This document shows, piece after piece, positions 25,042 through 34,824 of a stretch of DNA of 64,000 nt. The notes beneath the pieces are model-generated. The model made no database searches and was not told where the DNA came from. It saw nothing but the letters and a program-made list of their open reading frames with translations. Numbering within the stretch: position 1 is the stretch's first letter; each line of letters opens with the position of its first letter. A program made the position numbers and the translations under genes. Source of the DNA: a virus (Duplodnaviria; Heunggongvirae; Uroviricota; Caudoviricetes); IMG/VR virus record IMGVR_UViG_3300016476_000468, positions 39,913 to 103,912 of that record; one strand, written 5' to 3'.

Positions 25042-25461
25042 TTAATCTCCTTTAGACATATTCTTTAACATTTTGTTCAAATCAGCGGTGCTACCTGTAA
25101 AGATAACATTATTGTTCGTCACTTCTTTTTTCGATACTTCCTTTGGTCCATCCAGTTTTTGCTTTTGTTGATGGATATCCATAAGTTGTTGGTTAACATC
25201 AGCCAACTGTTTCATCAAGTTACCAACAACTTCAAATGCTCTTGGGTGCTCAGAAGATTTAGCAACTTCTAGCGCATGCTCAAGAGCAGCCTTTCCAGTG
25301 GTCAATAATTCACGAAGGTTTGTTCTGGCTGTGTCATAATCATTCTCCACCTTTTGGTTAGGTGGAGTTATGATTTCGCCATCTTTCGTAATCACTTCAG
25401 TGCTTTGAGATGGCATAGGTGCCACCCCAAACGCATTTGATAAAGAATCATCTACTTTCAT
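25042..25461 (-). CDS. gp16: terminase small subunit gp16
   Basis: DYDTARTNL, SEHPRAFEV and FTGSTADL motifs. Confidence 0.85.
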   Translation of the reverse strand: MKVDDSLSNAFGVAPMPSQSTEVITKDGEIITPPNQKVENDYDTARTNLRELLTTGKAALEHALEVAKSSEHPRAFEVVGNLMKQLADVNQQLMDIHQQKQKLDGPKEVSKKEVTNNNVIFTGSTADLNKMLKNMSKGD

Positions 25462-25464
25462 TGT

Positions 25465-25983
25465 TTAGTCGTTTCTTGTGTTTCTCACTGGTGGATCGTC
25501 TGGATGTAGATCATCTACCAGAGAGGTAGCAGGTGCTACTGGTTTTGGGATTGGTGTTGGCGTTGGTCTGATTGCTGGCGTTGAACCAGATAAGCCTCCA
25601 ACGCTGCTTGGTGTAGCACCTGGGACGGATGCTCCGACTGGCGCAGATAAGCTAGGTGCTGTTGTGCCGCTAGCTGGTAATTGTAAGCCTCCATTATTGG
25701 CTCCTCCTAGTTTTTCTTGTGTACGACCATAAGCTGCGATACCTAGAACAGCACCCATAGCGATGTGGTAGAGACCAGCACCTTGTAGGGTTAGCGGTTG
25801 CCACTGAGTAACAGGTTGTTTTAGCGCAGCTTGTAGCAGAGACCAAAGGATAGGGAATAGAACAAAGTCAGCAAAACAAGTGCCCATATAGATCCAACCC
25901 ATCATTGGACGCCATTTACTATTCATCCAATCTTCTTTTTTCTTCTCACTTTCGCTCATTTTAGAGTAATCTTTTTCTGACAT
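25465..25983 (-). CDS. 3-TM holin-like membrane protein with Pro/Ser-rich tail
   Basis: KWRPMMGWIY and LGIAAYGRTQEK motifs. Confidence 0.6.
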   Translation of the reverse strand: MSEKDYSKMSESEKKKEDWMNSKWRPMMGWIYMGTCFADFVLFPILWSLLQAALKQPVTQWQPLTLQGAGLYHIAMGAVLGIAAYGRTQEKLGGANNGGLQLPASGTTAPSLSAPVGASVPGATPSSVGGLSGSTPAIRPTPTPIPKPVAPATSLVDDLHPDDPPVRNTRND

Positions 25984-25993
25984 TTCGGTTCCT

Positions 25994-26737
25994 TTAAAAT
26001 CTAATTTTTGGTATTTTAGATGTCAAAGAAGGAATCTTAGTCACAGCCCAGCTTCCAGCTGCGCCAACTGCAAAGTTCATTAATTTGTCTTTAGTAGAAT
26101 TCTTAGGAACAGAGCTAAAACCAATATCTGGAACTTCAACTCTTGTTTCAAACCACTTGTAAGCCATAGAAACAGATAACTTCATAACATCTTTTGAAGC
26201 ATAATCTAGTTGCACAGCGCCTACACTCTTTGGATAGCATTCGTGTAGAGTAACGTAGTAATGTGGTGCATCTTTTTGGTCCTGCACCTCAATAGTCATA
26301 TCAGTAATATAATTATTGTAATAGTTAAATACTCTAGTGTATGGATCGTAGATAGAACTTTGCCATTGGTCAAACAGGTCTTTTACCTGCATATTTCTAT
26401 CAACGTAGAAAGACATAGTGATGTCTTCGTATAACTTTTCATAAGGCACGTCTCTGAATTCACCAAATGTTCTATTTTGCGCAGTAGAAAAGTTAGTTCC
26501 AGGAAGCTGAATCTGATCACAGAACATCAGCGCCTTTTTGGTTGTGTTGCTGTTGAACACGAATGGTAAGGTCATAATGACAGCGTAACGATTAGTTCTA
26601 GCCAGACCCCCACTTTTCACTTGAGACACAAAGTCCTTGATGGGGTTCTTTCTGGCTGGACCAGCTGGATCTCCAGGTTTTTTGAAACCCAGAGCATTAC
26701 CTAAGTTGCCACCTATTGGTAGATTTCTAATATCCAT
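25994..26737 (-). CDS. tail tube initiator (gp54-like)
   Basis: GLARTNRY, CDQIQLPG and YPKSVGAVQLDY (gp19/gp54-type fold). Confidence 0.65.
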   Translation of the reverse strand: MDIRNLPIGGNLGNALGFKKPGDPAGPARKNPIKDFVSQVKSGGLARTNRYAVIMTLPFVFNSNTTKKALMFCDQIQLPGTNFSTAQNRTFGEFRDVPYEKLYEDITMSFYVDRNMQVKDLFDQWQSSIYDPYTRVFNYYNNYITDMTIEVQDQKDAPHYYVTLHECYPKSVGAVQLDYASKDVMKLSVSMAYKWFETRVEVPDIGFSSVPKNSTKDKLMNFAVGAAGSWAVTKIPSLTSKIPKIRF

Positions 26738-26738
26738 T

Positions 26739-27347
26739 TTATGCTCTTCTTATTTTTCTTTGTGATTCTGCCCAAACTTCTTGTTTAGACGCACCAACGA
26801 ATCTCTCAACTGGAAGTAACATAGCAGTCGCCCAATCTTCAGACGAAACTTTTCTGAACTGGGTTTTTACGTGTCCTGAGAGATACTGTTTCACACAAGG
26901 AATGGCAGCATTAAATTTCGAGATACCATCAATAGTCGCCCAAGAATACTTTAGGCGAGTAGTTTCATCCATTCTGTTGTTAGATCTAAATACCATCAAT
27001 TTGTCCAATAAAGCGATTCTTAGATGGTATGGTAAATAGTGCATATTCAACCCAATGAATCCGTCTGGAGTCTTTCTGAAAGGAAAGACGAGAGGAAACC
27101 TGTCGTAATATGGCAGTTCTTTCTTCAACTTAGGGTCATAACCGTAAAGGTATAGATTCCCTGGAATCAAAGTAGTTGTTAAGTCTTCTGGCACACCACT
27201 GATAACTTTTTGTGGGGTGAGGTTCTGCTTGGTCAGCGTAGCGACCTGCTGTTCGAACCAACCACGTGATTTCCTAACCGCAGTAGGTAGGTCATACTTG
27301 TTTCGTTCGAAAACGTCTTGCAGAGATTTAGGTTTAGGTGTAGCCAT
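26739..27347 (-). CDS. gp2: DNA end protector gp2
   Basis: YDPKLKKELPYYDRFPLV, GLNMHYLP and CVKQYL motifs. Confidence 0.9.
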   Translation of the reverse strand: MATPKPKSLQDVFERNKYDLPTAVRKSRGWFEQQVATLTKQNLTPQKVISGVPEDLTTTLIPGNLYLYGYDPKLKKELPYYDRFPLVFPFRKTPDGFIGLNMHYLPYHLRIALLDKLMVFRSNNRMDETTRLKYSWATIDGISKFNAAIPCVKQYLSGHVKTQFRKVSSEDWATAMLLPVERFVGASKQEVWAESQRKIRRA

Positions 27348-27355
27348 TAAATTAT

Positions 27356-27784
27356 TTAGGACTTAAGACCAAGTTCATATTCAGTTATAATCTTGAATTC
27401 CCAGCGTCTATCTTTGCAGTATTCCCTTGCTGCAGCCCACTTTGCTTGGTTTTTAATATAGGTCATAGACTCAGTTAGGTATTTCTGCGTGTTACGACCA
27501 GGATAAACTGGAGGTTCTGTTTGCTTGTGTGGTTTGACTTCTACCAAGTAAGTCTTGCCGTCAACCGTTGTTATCTTAAAATCTACAAAATAACGATGTA
27601 CTCTACCGTCTGTTGGACAACGATACGGAATAACAGTCTCTTCAGAACTCCATTTTACAATAGAAGGGTTCTTATCACACCAGTTTGCAAATGTGCGTTC
27701 CCAAGAAGACCTACAGATGATGTTAGTGTGGTCTCCGACATACTTTTCAGGGAATACTGGAACGAACTTTGATTTATGGAACAT
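27356..27784 (-). CDS. gp4: head completion nuclease gp4
   Basis: RSSWE, WSSEE, HRYFVDF, EVKP, NQAKW and ITEYEL motifs. Confidence 0.9.
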   Translation of the reverse strand: MFHKSKFVPVFPEKYVGDHTNIICRSSWERTFANWCDKNPSIVKWSSEETVIPYRCPTDGRVHRYFVDFKITTVDGKTYLVEVKPHKQTEPPVYPGRNTQKYLTESMTYIKNQAKWAAAREYCKDRRWEFKIITEYELGLKS

Positions 27785-27826
27785 AAATAACTATTTGGAA
27801 GTATAAATAACACCCCACTTATTTAG
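27783..27826. promoter_or_regulatory. divergent T4-type late promoters
   Basis: ATAAATA (27783) and TATAAATA (27802) on +; CTAAATA on - at 27820-27826. Confidence 0.75.
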
Positions 27827-27833
27827 AGAAACT

Positions 27834-29033
27834 ATGGGACTATTAGACAACATCTCCTCAGCGTATTCTGGCGCAAAAACAGCAGTTACTGGAGTTATAG
27901 ATCAGGTAAAAACTGATGCAAGTAAAGCCAAGTCGACTGTAAACCCACCAAACCTATGGACTCCCAGAGGCACTAAATCTCCACTAGATGGCGGTAAGTA
28001 TGACATCAAAAATCACTCTTATCCTAGCGACTTGATGGCAGCTGACGGAAGATATGGCGGTAACTATGTTATGTTCTATATCAATGTAGCTACTGATTCT
28101 AAACTGTTAAAAGGACCAAACGCCGCAAAGACGTTAAACGTTGGAGACTACCCGCCAAGAGATCGAGGTGATCTTATTGGTATGAATATGTCTAAAACGG
28201 GGTTAGTTGCTTCTGGTGCTGGTGTTGCTGCTATTGAGGGTTTAATTGCTGGTGGTGTTTTGGCTGGTGGTAAAGGTGTTAAGGATACTGTTAAAACTGC
28301 AGGTAAAGTTGCTGGTGCGGCTGCTGCAGTTCCAGGTGTTGGTTTGGGTGTTACTGCTACAATGGCTCCAGACGCTCAAAGATCTCAGAAAAGACTAAAA
28401 ACTGCTATTGCTCTACACGTACCAAATCAGCTTTCTGTTCGTTATGGTGTTCAATGGTCTGAAGACGACACTTCTGCGCTCGCTATGGTTAACGCAGGTG
28501 GCACAGAAATTATGAAAGCTCTTTCTGGAAACAAAAATTCTGACGTAACAGGTACTGGTGCGGCGATTATCGCTAACCTTTCTCTATCAAAACTTCCACA
28601 GAACATCGCAGGTGGTGCTTCTGCAGCTATGGGTCTTGCAGCAAACCCTAAAAAGGAACAGGTATTCAAGGGTGTCGATTTTAGAACATTTAGCTTTGAA
28701 TATCAATTCTTCCCAAGAGATATCGGTGAAGCCAGTAACGTTCTAAGAATCATAGAAGAATTTAAGTATCATATGCACCCAGAGTTTAAGGACACAAATA
28801 ACTTTGTGTACATTTATCCTTCTGAGTTTGACATTATGTACTTTGCTAATGGAAAAGAAAACAGAAACCTACATCGCCACACATCTTGTGTGTTGACGAG
28901 TATGAGCGTTAATTATACACCAAACGGTATGTTTTCAACATTCGCTAATGGTATGCCTACCCAAATCAATATGACTCTAGAATTCCGTGAATTGGCTCTA
29001 TTGACTAAAGATAAAGTTAAGGACGGTCTATAA
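27834..29033 (+). CDS. gp48: baseplate tail tube cap gp48
   Basis: NPKKEQVFKGVDFRTFSFEYQFFPR and YPSEFDI motifs. Confidence 0.85.
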   Translation: MGLLDNISSAYSGAKTAVTGVIDQVKTDASKAKSTVNPPNLWTPRGTKSPLDGGKYDIKNHSYPSDLMAADGRYGGNYVMFYINVATDSKLLKGPNAAKTLNVGDYPPRDRGDLIGMNMSKTGLVASGAGVAAIEGLIAGGVLAGGKGVKDTVKTAGKVAGAAAAVPGVGLGVTATMAPDAQRSQKRLKTAIALHVPNQLSVRYGVQWSEDDTSALAMVNAGGTEIMKALSGNKNSDVTGTGAAIIANLSLSKLPQNIAGGASAAMGLAANPKKEQVFKGVDFRTFSFEYQFFPRDIGEASNVLRIIEEFKYHMHPEFKDTNNFVYIYPSEFDIMYFANGKENRNLHRHTSCVLTSMSVNYTPNGMFSTFANGMPTQINMTLEFRELALLTKDKVKDGL

Positions 29034-29034
29034 A

Positions 29035-29790
29035 ATGTATTTTAAAGAATTTCCTACTATCCTTTATGATTTTGATGTTAATGTAACATCAAGCAAAGGA
29101 AGACAAGCTACTGCTACGGCTAGTCTTTCTGCCGATGGTGTCGGTTCTGTTTCTATCACAGATCAAGGTTCAGGATACACCACAGCTTCTGTTACTTTCT
29201 CAGAGCCAGAAAACACAGGGGTTACTGCATCTGCGTATGCAGTAATCAACGATGGCAAAATAACTAATATCATTATGAAGAATGCGGGTGGTGGATATAT
29301 TCAACCACCAACTGTTGTTATCACCCCACCATACGGCAACATCAAAAAACAAACAAGAGCGTACGCATTAACTGACATTAGTCGAAACATTCGTTTCCGT
29401 AAGGAACTTCTTTCTAATGTAACTGTTTATGATGAGTATGATATTGTAGATGGTGAAACTCCAGAAATCATTGCTGAAAAACTTTATGAGAATCCAGAAT
29501 ATCACTGGATTATTATGTTAGCTAATGATATCTACGATTACAGAAAAGACTTTCCGCTAACACAGTTGCAGTTAGAAAAATTTGTTTCTGACAAATACGG
29601 CGAGGACGCCGATGCTACTCATCATTATGAAGATGAAAATGGGTTCGTCGTTAATTCTAATGCACCAGGTGCAGTGTCAGTGTCTAATAGACAATATGAA
29701 GAAAAAGTTAACGAATCGAAACGCAGAATTAAGGTTATTTCCAGAGAATTACTCAACGTAATCTTAAACAACTTTAAAGAACAGTTATAA
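29035..29790 (+). CDS. gp53: baseplate wedge gp53 with an internal beta-repeat insertion
   Basis: MYFKEFP, DGETPEIIA..LY and HWIIML motifs. Confidence 0.8.
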   Translation: MYFKEFPTILYDFDVNVTSSKGRQATATASLSADGVGSVSITDQGSGYTTASVTFSEPENTGVTASAYAVINDGKITNIIMKNAGGGYIQPPTVVITPPYGNIKKQTRAYALTDISRNIRFRKELLSNVTVYDEYDIVDGETPEIIAEKLYENPEYHWIIMLANDIYDYRKDFPLTQLQLEKFVSDKYGEDADATHHYEDENGFVVNSNAPGAVSVSNRQYEEKVNESKRRIKVISRELLNVILNNFKEQL

Positions 29791-31064
29791 TGCAATCGTC
29801 TCAAAAAGCAGCCAGATTTGCTGGTGACGTATCAATCGATAAGGTAAGAATCACAACTAGAAGCGGTCTTTCCCAAGACATCGCTGCTCAGGTTATTGCA
29901 ATTCAAATTTTTGAAGATTTATTTTCTCCATTCATCAGCGGTTCTTTGATCGTTAAAGAATCTTTAGATCTTATTAATTTGTTCCCATTCGCTGGTGAAG
30001 AAAGACTAGAACTAGAAATCAATACGCCATCTTTAGAAAAGGGTAACATTAAGTCTAACTTTTATATCTACAAATTAACAGACAGAGAGTTGATCGGCGA
30101 CAAGAGTGTTGTTTACCAACTACACTTTATCTCTGAAGAAGCAATTGTTGATATGAACAAAAAGGTTAGTCGTGTATTCGGCGACAAGCCAGAAGTTATT
30201 ATCGATTATCTGACCAAAGACGAGATAAATGGTCTACAGACGAAAAAGAACGTCAACAAAGAAGAGTCGTCAAGAGCCATAAAATTTATTTCTAATTTCT
30301 GGTCTCCAACAAGAGCTATTGAGTTCGTCACTAATGGTTCAACCAATAAAAACAATTCACCAAGTTATTTGTTTTTTGAAAATAGAGATGGATTTAATTT
30401 TGTAACTCTTGAATCCCTGTACTCAAATCAAGTTTATCAAGAATTTGTTTATGACAAATACACCCGTGACAAGTTACCGAATGGTGGTGACGCTAGAAAC
30501 GTGGGGCAAGACTACAAGAGAATCAATACTCTAAGTATACCTTTCGGTTTTGACTATATTGACAGAATCAAGAGTGGTATGTTTGCTTCTAAAATTATTT
30601 CTTATGATTTAACAAAGAAGCAATATAACGTAAAACCTTTCAATATGTTTGAATATTTTGCTGGTTCGCCACATCTGAACCAGTACAACATCGCTTCTGA
30701 AAAGTCTATTTTTAGAACAAATTCTACTCTAATAAATTATCCGAGAGCTAACTCTAATTTTAGTGGTTTCGGCGATGCAACTAACTATCGCAATGAACAA
30801 AAGCGTTTGTCTCTGATTAAAGCAGCAGAAGCTAATAAAATTCAGATTGTAGTTCCAGGTCGCTGCGATTACACAGTTGGTCAAAAAGTTAATGTTAAGC
30901 TGTACAAGATTGAACCTCTAAGTAGCAGAGATGAAGATAACTTAGACAAGATGTTCTCTGGTAATTATATCATAGCAGCTGTAAACCATTATATTAACAG
31001 AGACGGTCATGAATGTAATATGGAATTGATTAAAGACTCCCTAATGATGAAGGTTGGAGAATAA
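29790..31064 (+). CDS. baseplate hub protein (gp27-like)
   Basis: IFEDLFSPFISG, YLFFEN and SGNYIIAAVNHY motifs; directly before gp5. Confidence 0.55.
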   Translation: MQSSQKAARFAGDVSIDKVRITTRSGLSQDIAAQVIAIQIFEDLFSPFISGSLIVKESLDLINLFPFAGEERLELEINTPSLEKGNIKSNFYIYKLTDRELIGDKSVVYQLHFISEEAIVDMNKKVSRVFGDKPEVIIDYLTKDEINGLQTKKNVNKEESSRAIKFISNFWSPTRAIEFVTNGSTNKNNSPSYLFFENRDGFNFVTLESLYSNQVYQEFVYDKYTRDKLPNGGDARNVGQDYKRINTLSIPFGFDYIDRIKSGMFASKIISYDLTKKQYNVKPFNMFEYFAGSPHLNQYNIASEKSIFRTNSTLINYPRANSNFSGFGDATNYRNEQKRLSLIKAAEANKIQIVVPGRCDYTVGQKVNVKLYKIEPLSSRDEDNLDKMFSGNYIIAAVNHYINRDGHECNMELIKDSLMMKVGE

Positions 31065-34000
31065 ATGTTTTATACTGGTGTTGTTGAAAATAGAATTGAT
31101 CCACTACAACTTGGTCGTTGCCAAGTCCGTATTGTAGGATTACACACTCACGATAAGACGCAACTTCCGACAGAACAGTTGCCATGGGCTACACCTGTTC
31201 AACCAGTAATTTCTGCTGCGATGAACGGTATTGGTCTCACACCTATTGGTCCAGTAGAAGGCACCACAGTCATTATATTGTTCGCTGACCCAGATCAGCA
31301 ACAACCAATTATTCTTGGTACTGTTGGCGGTATTCCAACAACACCTAAAAATATTGAAGATGATGACAGTGTCTTGCCTATTGATGGTGAACCAAGAACT
31401 AAAGACATTGTCTTAAGAACTATTGTTGGTCCAGTTACTGGTAAACAACTAACCTTCTATGACCCAGAAGAAGGTAAAACTAACTTAACTAGAAGCCTAA
31501 AAGCCAATATGCGAATTGTTGGTTTTGGTTTGTCTGACGATTGTTATATTGTCAGCATCGACAGCCCATCGCAGATTACAATTAGCGAGCATGTCTCTGG
31601 CTACGGGGAGAACATCTTAACATTTAAAGATCCACCAACAAACCTAGATGCGGTTAATCGTGGCAATTTAATTGGTGTGTTGGTAGATGGTAGCGGTAAA
31701 CCAGTAACGGATGGCAGCGGAAAGCCGATCAAAGCAGGAGCAGAACCACCTTCTGCAACTACTGCGGCGACCCCAACACAAAATTCAACAAATACATCTA
31801 TTCCGATTATTCCTCCGCCAAAATCATCTTCTAATGCAAGCAAAGCATCTGAAGGTATTAAGGCACTTATCGCTGCTTGCGATAAAGTTGGTTTGACTAC
31901 TAAAGAACAGAAATGTGCATTACTTGGTATCGCTGGTGGTGAGTCTGGGTGGATTCCGCAGAACGAATCTTTTAACTATTCAAAATCTCGTATCAAACAG
32001 ATCTTTTCTTTCCTGACTGATGAAGAAGCTGAAAAGTATTCTGATGCTTCTAAGAAAGGCATCACACGTGAACAATTCTTTACTGTCATTTATGGACCAA
32101 CAAAGCGTGGTAAAGGTTTCTTGGGCAACCTAACAGACGCTGACGGTGGTAAGTATTATGGTCGAGGTTTCATTCAGTTAACTGGTCGTGCCAACTATAA
32201 AAAGTATCAAGATATGGCAAACAAGATGGGGTTAAACCTAGACCTCATCAATAATCCAGACTCTCTTGATAATGACATTAACGTATCTGCTTTAGTCGCT
32301 GCTCTGTATATTAAAGATCGTGTACCAAAGGGCACTAAAGAAACTGATCATCCTGGATACTTCTATGCAGCCAAAAAGGCAGTTGGTGTTAACTCACCAG
32401 ACATTGCTGCACGTAAGTTAGCATACTACGAATATTTTTATGGATACCAAGCTACTGGATCTGTAGATAAAGATGCAGCTGCTCCACCAGCATCTCCTCC
32501 CCCAGAGTTTAAGGGTACTCCTGGTCCATCTGCAGAGTCTATCAAACGTGGCACGGATAATACTGGTTTCCGTGACCCTAACAACAAGTATCCTCTAAAA
32601 GATTACATTAACGAGCCAGACACCAACCGTTTGGCACGTGGTATCATTGAAGGAACTATTGTTCAGAAAAAAGACGCTAACGTCAAGAAGGGTATTCCCA
32701 AGGCTTATGGTATTGGTTCTTGGGATCAACCTATGCCACCCTATGGAGCAAAGTACCCATTCAACAAGGTTTTTGAAACTGAGTCTGGACATATTCAAGA
32801 GTTTGACGACACTCCTGGACAAGAACGTATCCACACATACCATCGTTCTGGAACTTACACTGAGATTGATGCTAATGGAACTCAGGTAAATTACATTGTT
32901 GGTGATAGTTTCACTTTGATGGAACGTAATGGATGTATCCACGTTGCTGGTGAATGTAATATTACTGTTGAGGGTAATACTAACATTTTCGCTAGAACAG
33001 ACGCAAATATCGAAGTTGCTCAGAATGCTAACGTTAAAGTTGGAAACAACTTAGACATCGGCGCTGCTCAAGACCTTTATATTGCTGTAGGTGGTGATAT
33101 CAGTATTAAAGCTGCTGGAGATTTTAGCGTTCAAGCTGCAAACATAAACCAAAAGGCTGAGGGAGTTAATATTGAATCTACTTCAGATATGAATATTAAA
33201 GCAGCTGGAACTCTATACGCAGATTACTCTGAGGGTCAGTTCGGTAATGGGGCTGCTGGTGCAGTAGATGTTGATTTAACACCACCACCAGCTGGCGATC
33301 CGCAAAACCCAATCGTCCCATATTTAATCCCACCAGAGCGTCAATCTGAAGCACTAGCTGCAAACGAAACACCAGAGGATTATGAGACACCAGAGGGTCG
33401 TAGAAATTCCAAGGAACAAGAAATCGTTGGCGTTCCTAATGCTCCTGCTCCAGTGGCTACTGAAGAAGCCAAACCAACTAAAGGTGCAGCTGGTAAAGAA
33501 GTTCCTGTTGATTGTAAGATCATCTATACTACTAAGAATTTTACTAATGACTACACCATCTCCAAGAATTTCTCTCTTGGTATGATGATGGACGGTGGCG
33601 TCAACGGCAAGCATAAACTGGTAGATCAGATCTTACGAGATGGTCCAAACTCTGGTGAGCGTGTTTATACAGTACAAGAAGTTGTATGTAACTTGGCGAT
33701 GTCTGCGCAGAACATCTTAGAGCCTTATGCTGAAATTATGCCTGGAGGTATTGGTGGGTACGGTAAGCAGTGGAAAATCACTTCTGGTTATCGTCTAAAG
33801 GGTGTTGTTCCTACAGAGTCTCCATTCTCTGATCACTGTAAAGGTCACTGTTTCGACGTGGCACTTCTATTACCAGACAGAAACAATAAGACGTTCCAAT
33901 TGGTTCAGCAGTTAGAAAAGGCTGTGAAATACGATCAGATTATCTTAGAGTATCGCGCGCCAGAGGCTGTATGGATTCACACTGGTTATAAACCACAAGG

Positions 34001-34118
34001 TAATCGTGGTATGGCATTTACTATGGTTAATGACTCTACATATAAGAGAGATGCTAAAGGACAGCCAGCTGGATTCTTCTTGTTGGACACTATTCCACCA
34101 AAAGCTAAGAAAGTATAA
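31065..34118 (+). CDS. gp5: gp5 baseplate spike with GH19-like and peptidase M15-like domains
   Basis: OB fold (GVVENRIDPLQLGRCQVRI); GESG..YYGRGFIQLTG; YPFNKVFETESGHIQEFDDTP; ITSGYR..SDHCKGHCFD..WIH. Confidence 0.85.
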   Translation: MFYTGVVENRIDPLQLGRCQVRIVGLHTHDKTQLPTEQLPWATPVQPVISAAMNGIGLTPIGPVEGTTVIILFADPDQQQPIILGTVGGIPTTPKNIEDDDSVLPIDGEPRTKDIVLRTIVGPVTGKQLTFYDPEEGKTNLTRSLKANMRIVGFGLSDDCYIVSIDSPSQITISEHVSGYGENILTFKDPPTNLDAVNRGNLIGVLVDGSGKPVTDGSGKPIKAGAEPPSATTAATPTQNSTNTSIPIIPPPKSSSNASKASEGIKALIAACDKVGLTTKEQKCALLGIAGGESGWIPQNESFNYSKSRIKQIFSFLTDEEAEKYSDASKKGITREQFFTVIYGPTKRGKGFLGNLTDADGGKYYGRGFIQLTGRANYKKYQDMANKMGLNLDLINNPDSLDNDINVSALVAALYIKDRVPKGTKETDHPGYFYAAKKAVGVNSPDIAARKLAYYEYFYGYQATGSVDKDAAAPPASPPPEFKGTPGPSAESIKRGTDNTGFRDPNNKYPLKDYINEPDTNRLARGIIEGTIVQKKDANVKKGIPKAYGIGSWDQPMPPYGAKYPFNKVFETESGHIQEFDDTPGQERIHTYHRSGTYTEIDANGTQVNYIVGDSFTLMERNGCIHVAGECNITVEGNTNIFARTDANIEVAQNANVKVGNNLDIGAAQDLYIAVGGDISIKAAGDFSVQAANINQKAEGVNIESTSDMNIKAAGTLYADYSEGQFGNGAAGAVDVDLTPPPAGDPQNPIVPYLIPPERQSEALAANETPEDYETPEGRRNSKEQEIVGVPNAPAPVATEEAKPTKGAAGKEVPVDCKIIYTTKNFTNDYTISKNFSLGMMMDGGVNGKHKLVDQILRDGPNSGERVYTVQEVVCNLAMSAQNILEPYAEIMPGGIGGYGKQWKITSGYRLKGVVPTESPFSDHCKGHCFDVALLLPDRNNKTFQLVQQLEKAVKYDQIILEYRAPEAVWIHTGYKPQGNRGMAFTMVNDSTYKRDAKGQPAGFFLLDTIPPKAKKV

Positions 34119-34417
34119 TGGCTAAACTAACGTACAAGGGTGCTATGAGTAAGGGGCAGGACGGTGGATCACCGACTGCTCTTACTGCTAAGATCCAATG
34201 CACAAAAAGTTATGTTGGTGGAGTTTTGATCGGAGTTGTAGGTGACCAATTTGAATCACACGTTGTAGGAAAAATTACACACGCAGGTGGTTTGAGAGAG
34301 ATAACAGCAGGGGCGTCTAAAACGTATTTTGAAGGTAAAGCAGCAGCTAGGGTGGACGATCCGATAGCAGACGGTGATGCAGTGGCTGACGGAAATGCAA
34401 AAACTAATGTAGAGTAA
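34118..34417 (+). CDS. PAAR-like spike tip protein
   Basis: GDQFESH and KAAARVDD motifs; after gp5. Confidence 0.75.
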   Translation: MAKLTYKGAMSKGQDGGSPTALTAKIQCTKSYVGGVLIGVVGDQFESHVVGKITHAGGLREITAGASKTYFEGKAAARVDDPIADGDAVADGNAKTNVE

Positions 34418-34431
34418 CCTAAATAACTAAT

Positions 34432-34824
34432 ATGGCAAGAAATACAAGAACATTCTCCGACCTAGACTTCAACTTCACCGCTCACCCTGTGACTGGGGAT
34501 ATTGTGCGCCGATTTGACGAGCAGGCTATCAAAAATGCTCTTAAAAATCTAATTTTAACTGCTAACTACGAAAGACCATTTCATAGTGAGATCGGTAGCC
34601 CCATCAAAAGATTGCTGTTCGAACCAGCAACACCTATGTTACAGGTTATGATGGAAAGAGCTATAACTGATACAGTAAATAACTTCGAGCCAAGAGTAGA
34701 GTTATTAAACGTAGAAGTTGTTGTTAGTGAAGACGACTATTATGTCTACGTAACTATTGAGTTTAGAATCGTCAACACTTCCCAACCTCTAACTCTTGAT
34801 CTAACTCTAGAGAGAACACGATAA
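34432..34824 (+). CDS. gp25: baseplate wedge gp25
   Basis: FSDLD, AIKNALKNLILT..ERPF and FEPRV motifs; CTAAATA at 34419. Confidence 0.9.
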   Translation: MARNTRTFSDLDFNFTAHPVTGDIVRRFDEQAIKNALKNLILTANYERPFHSEIGSPIKRLLFEPATPMLQVMMERAITDTVNNFEPRVELLNVEVVVSEDDYYVYVTIEFRIVNTSQPLTLDLTLERTR

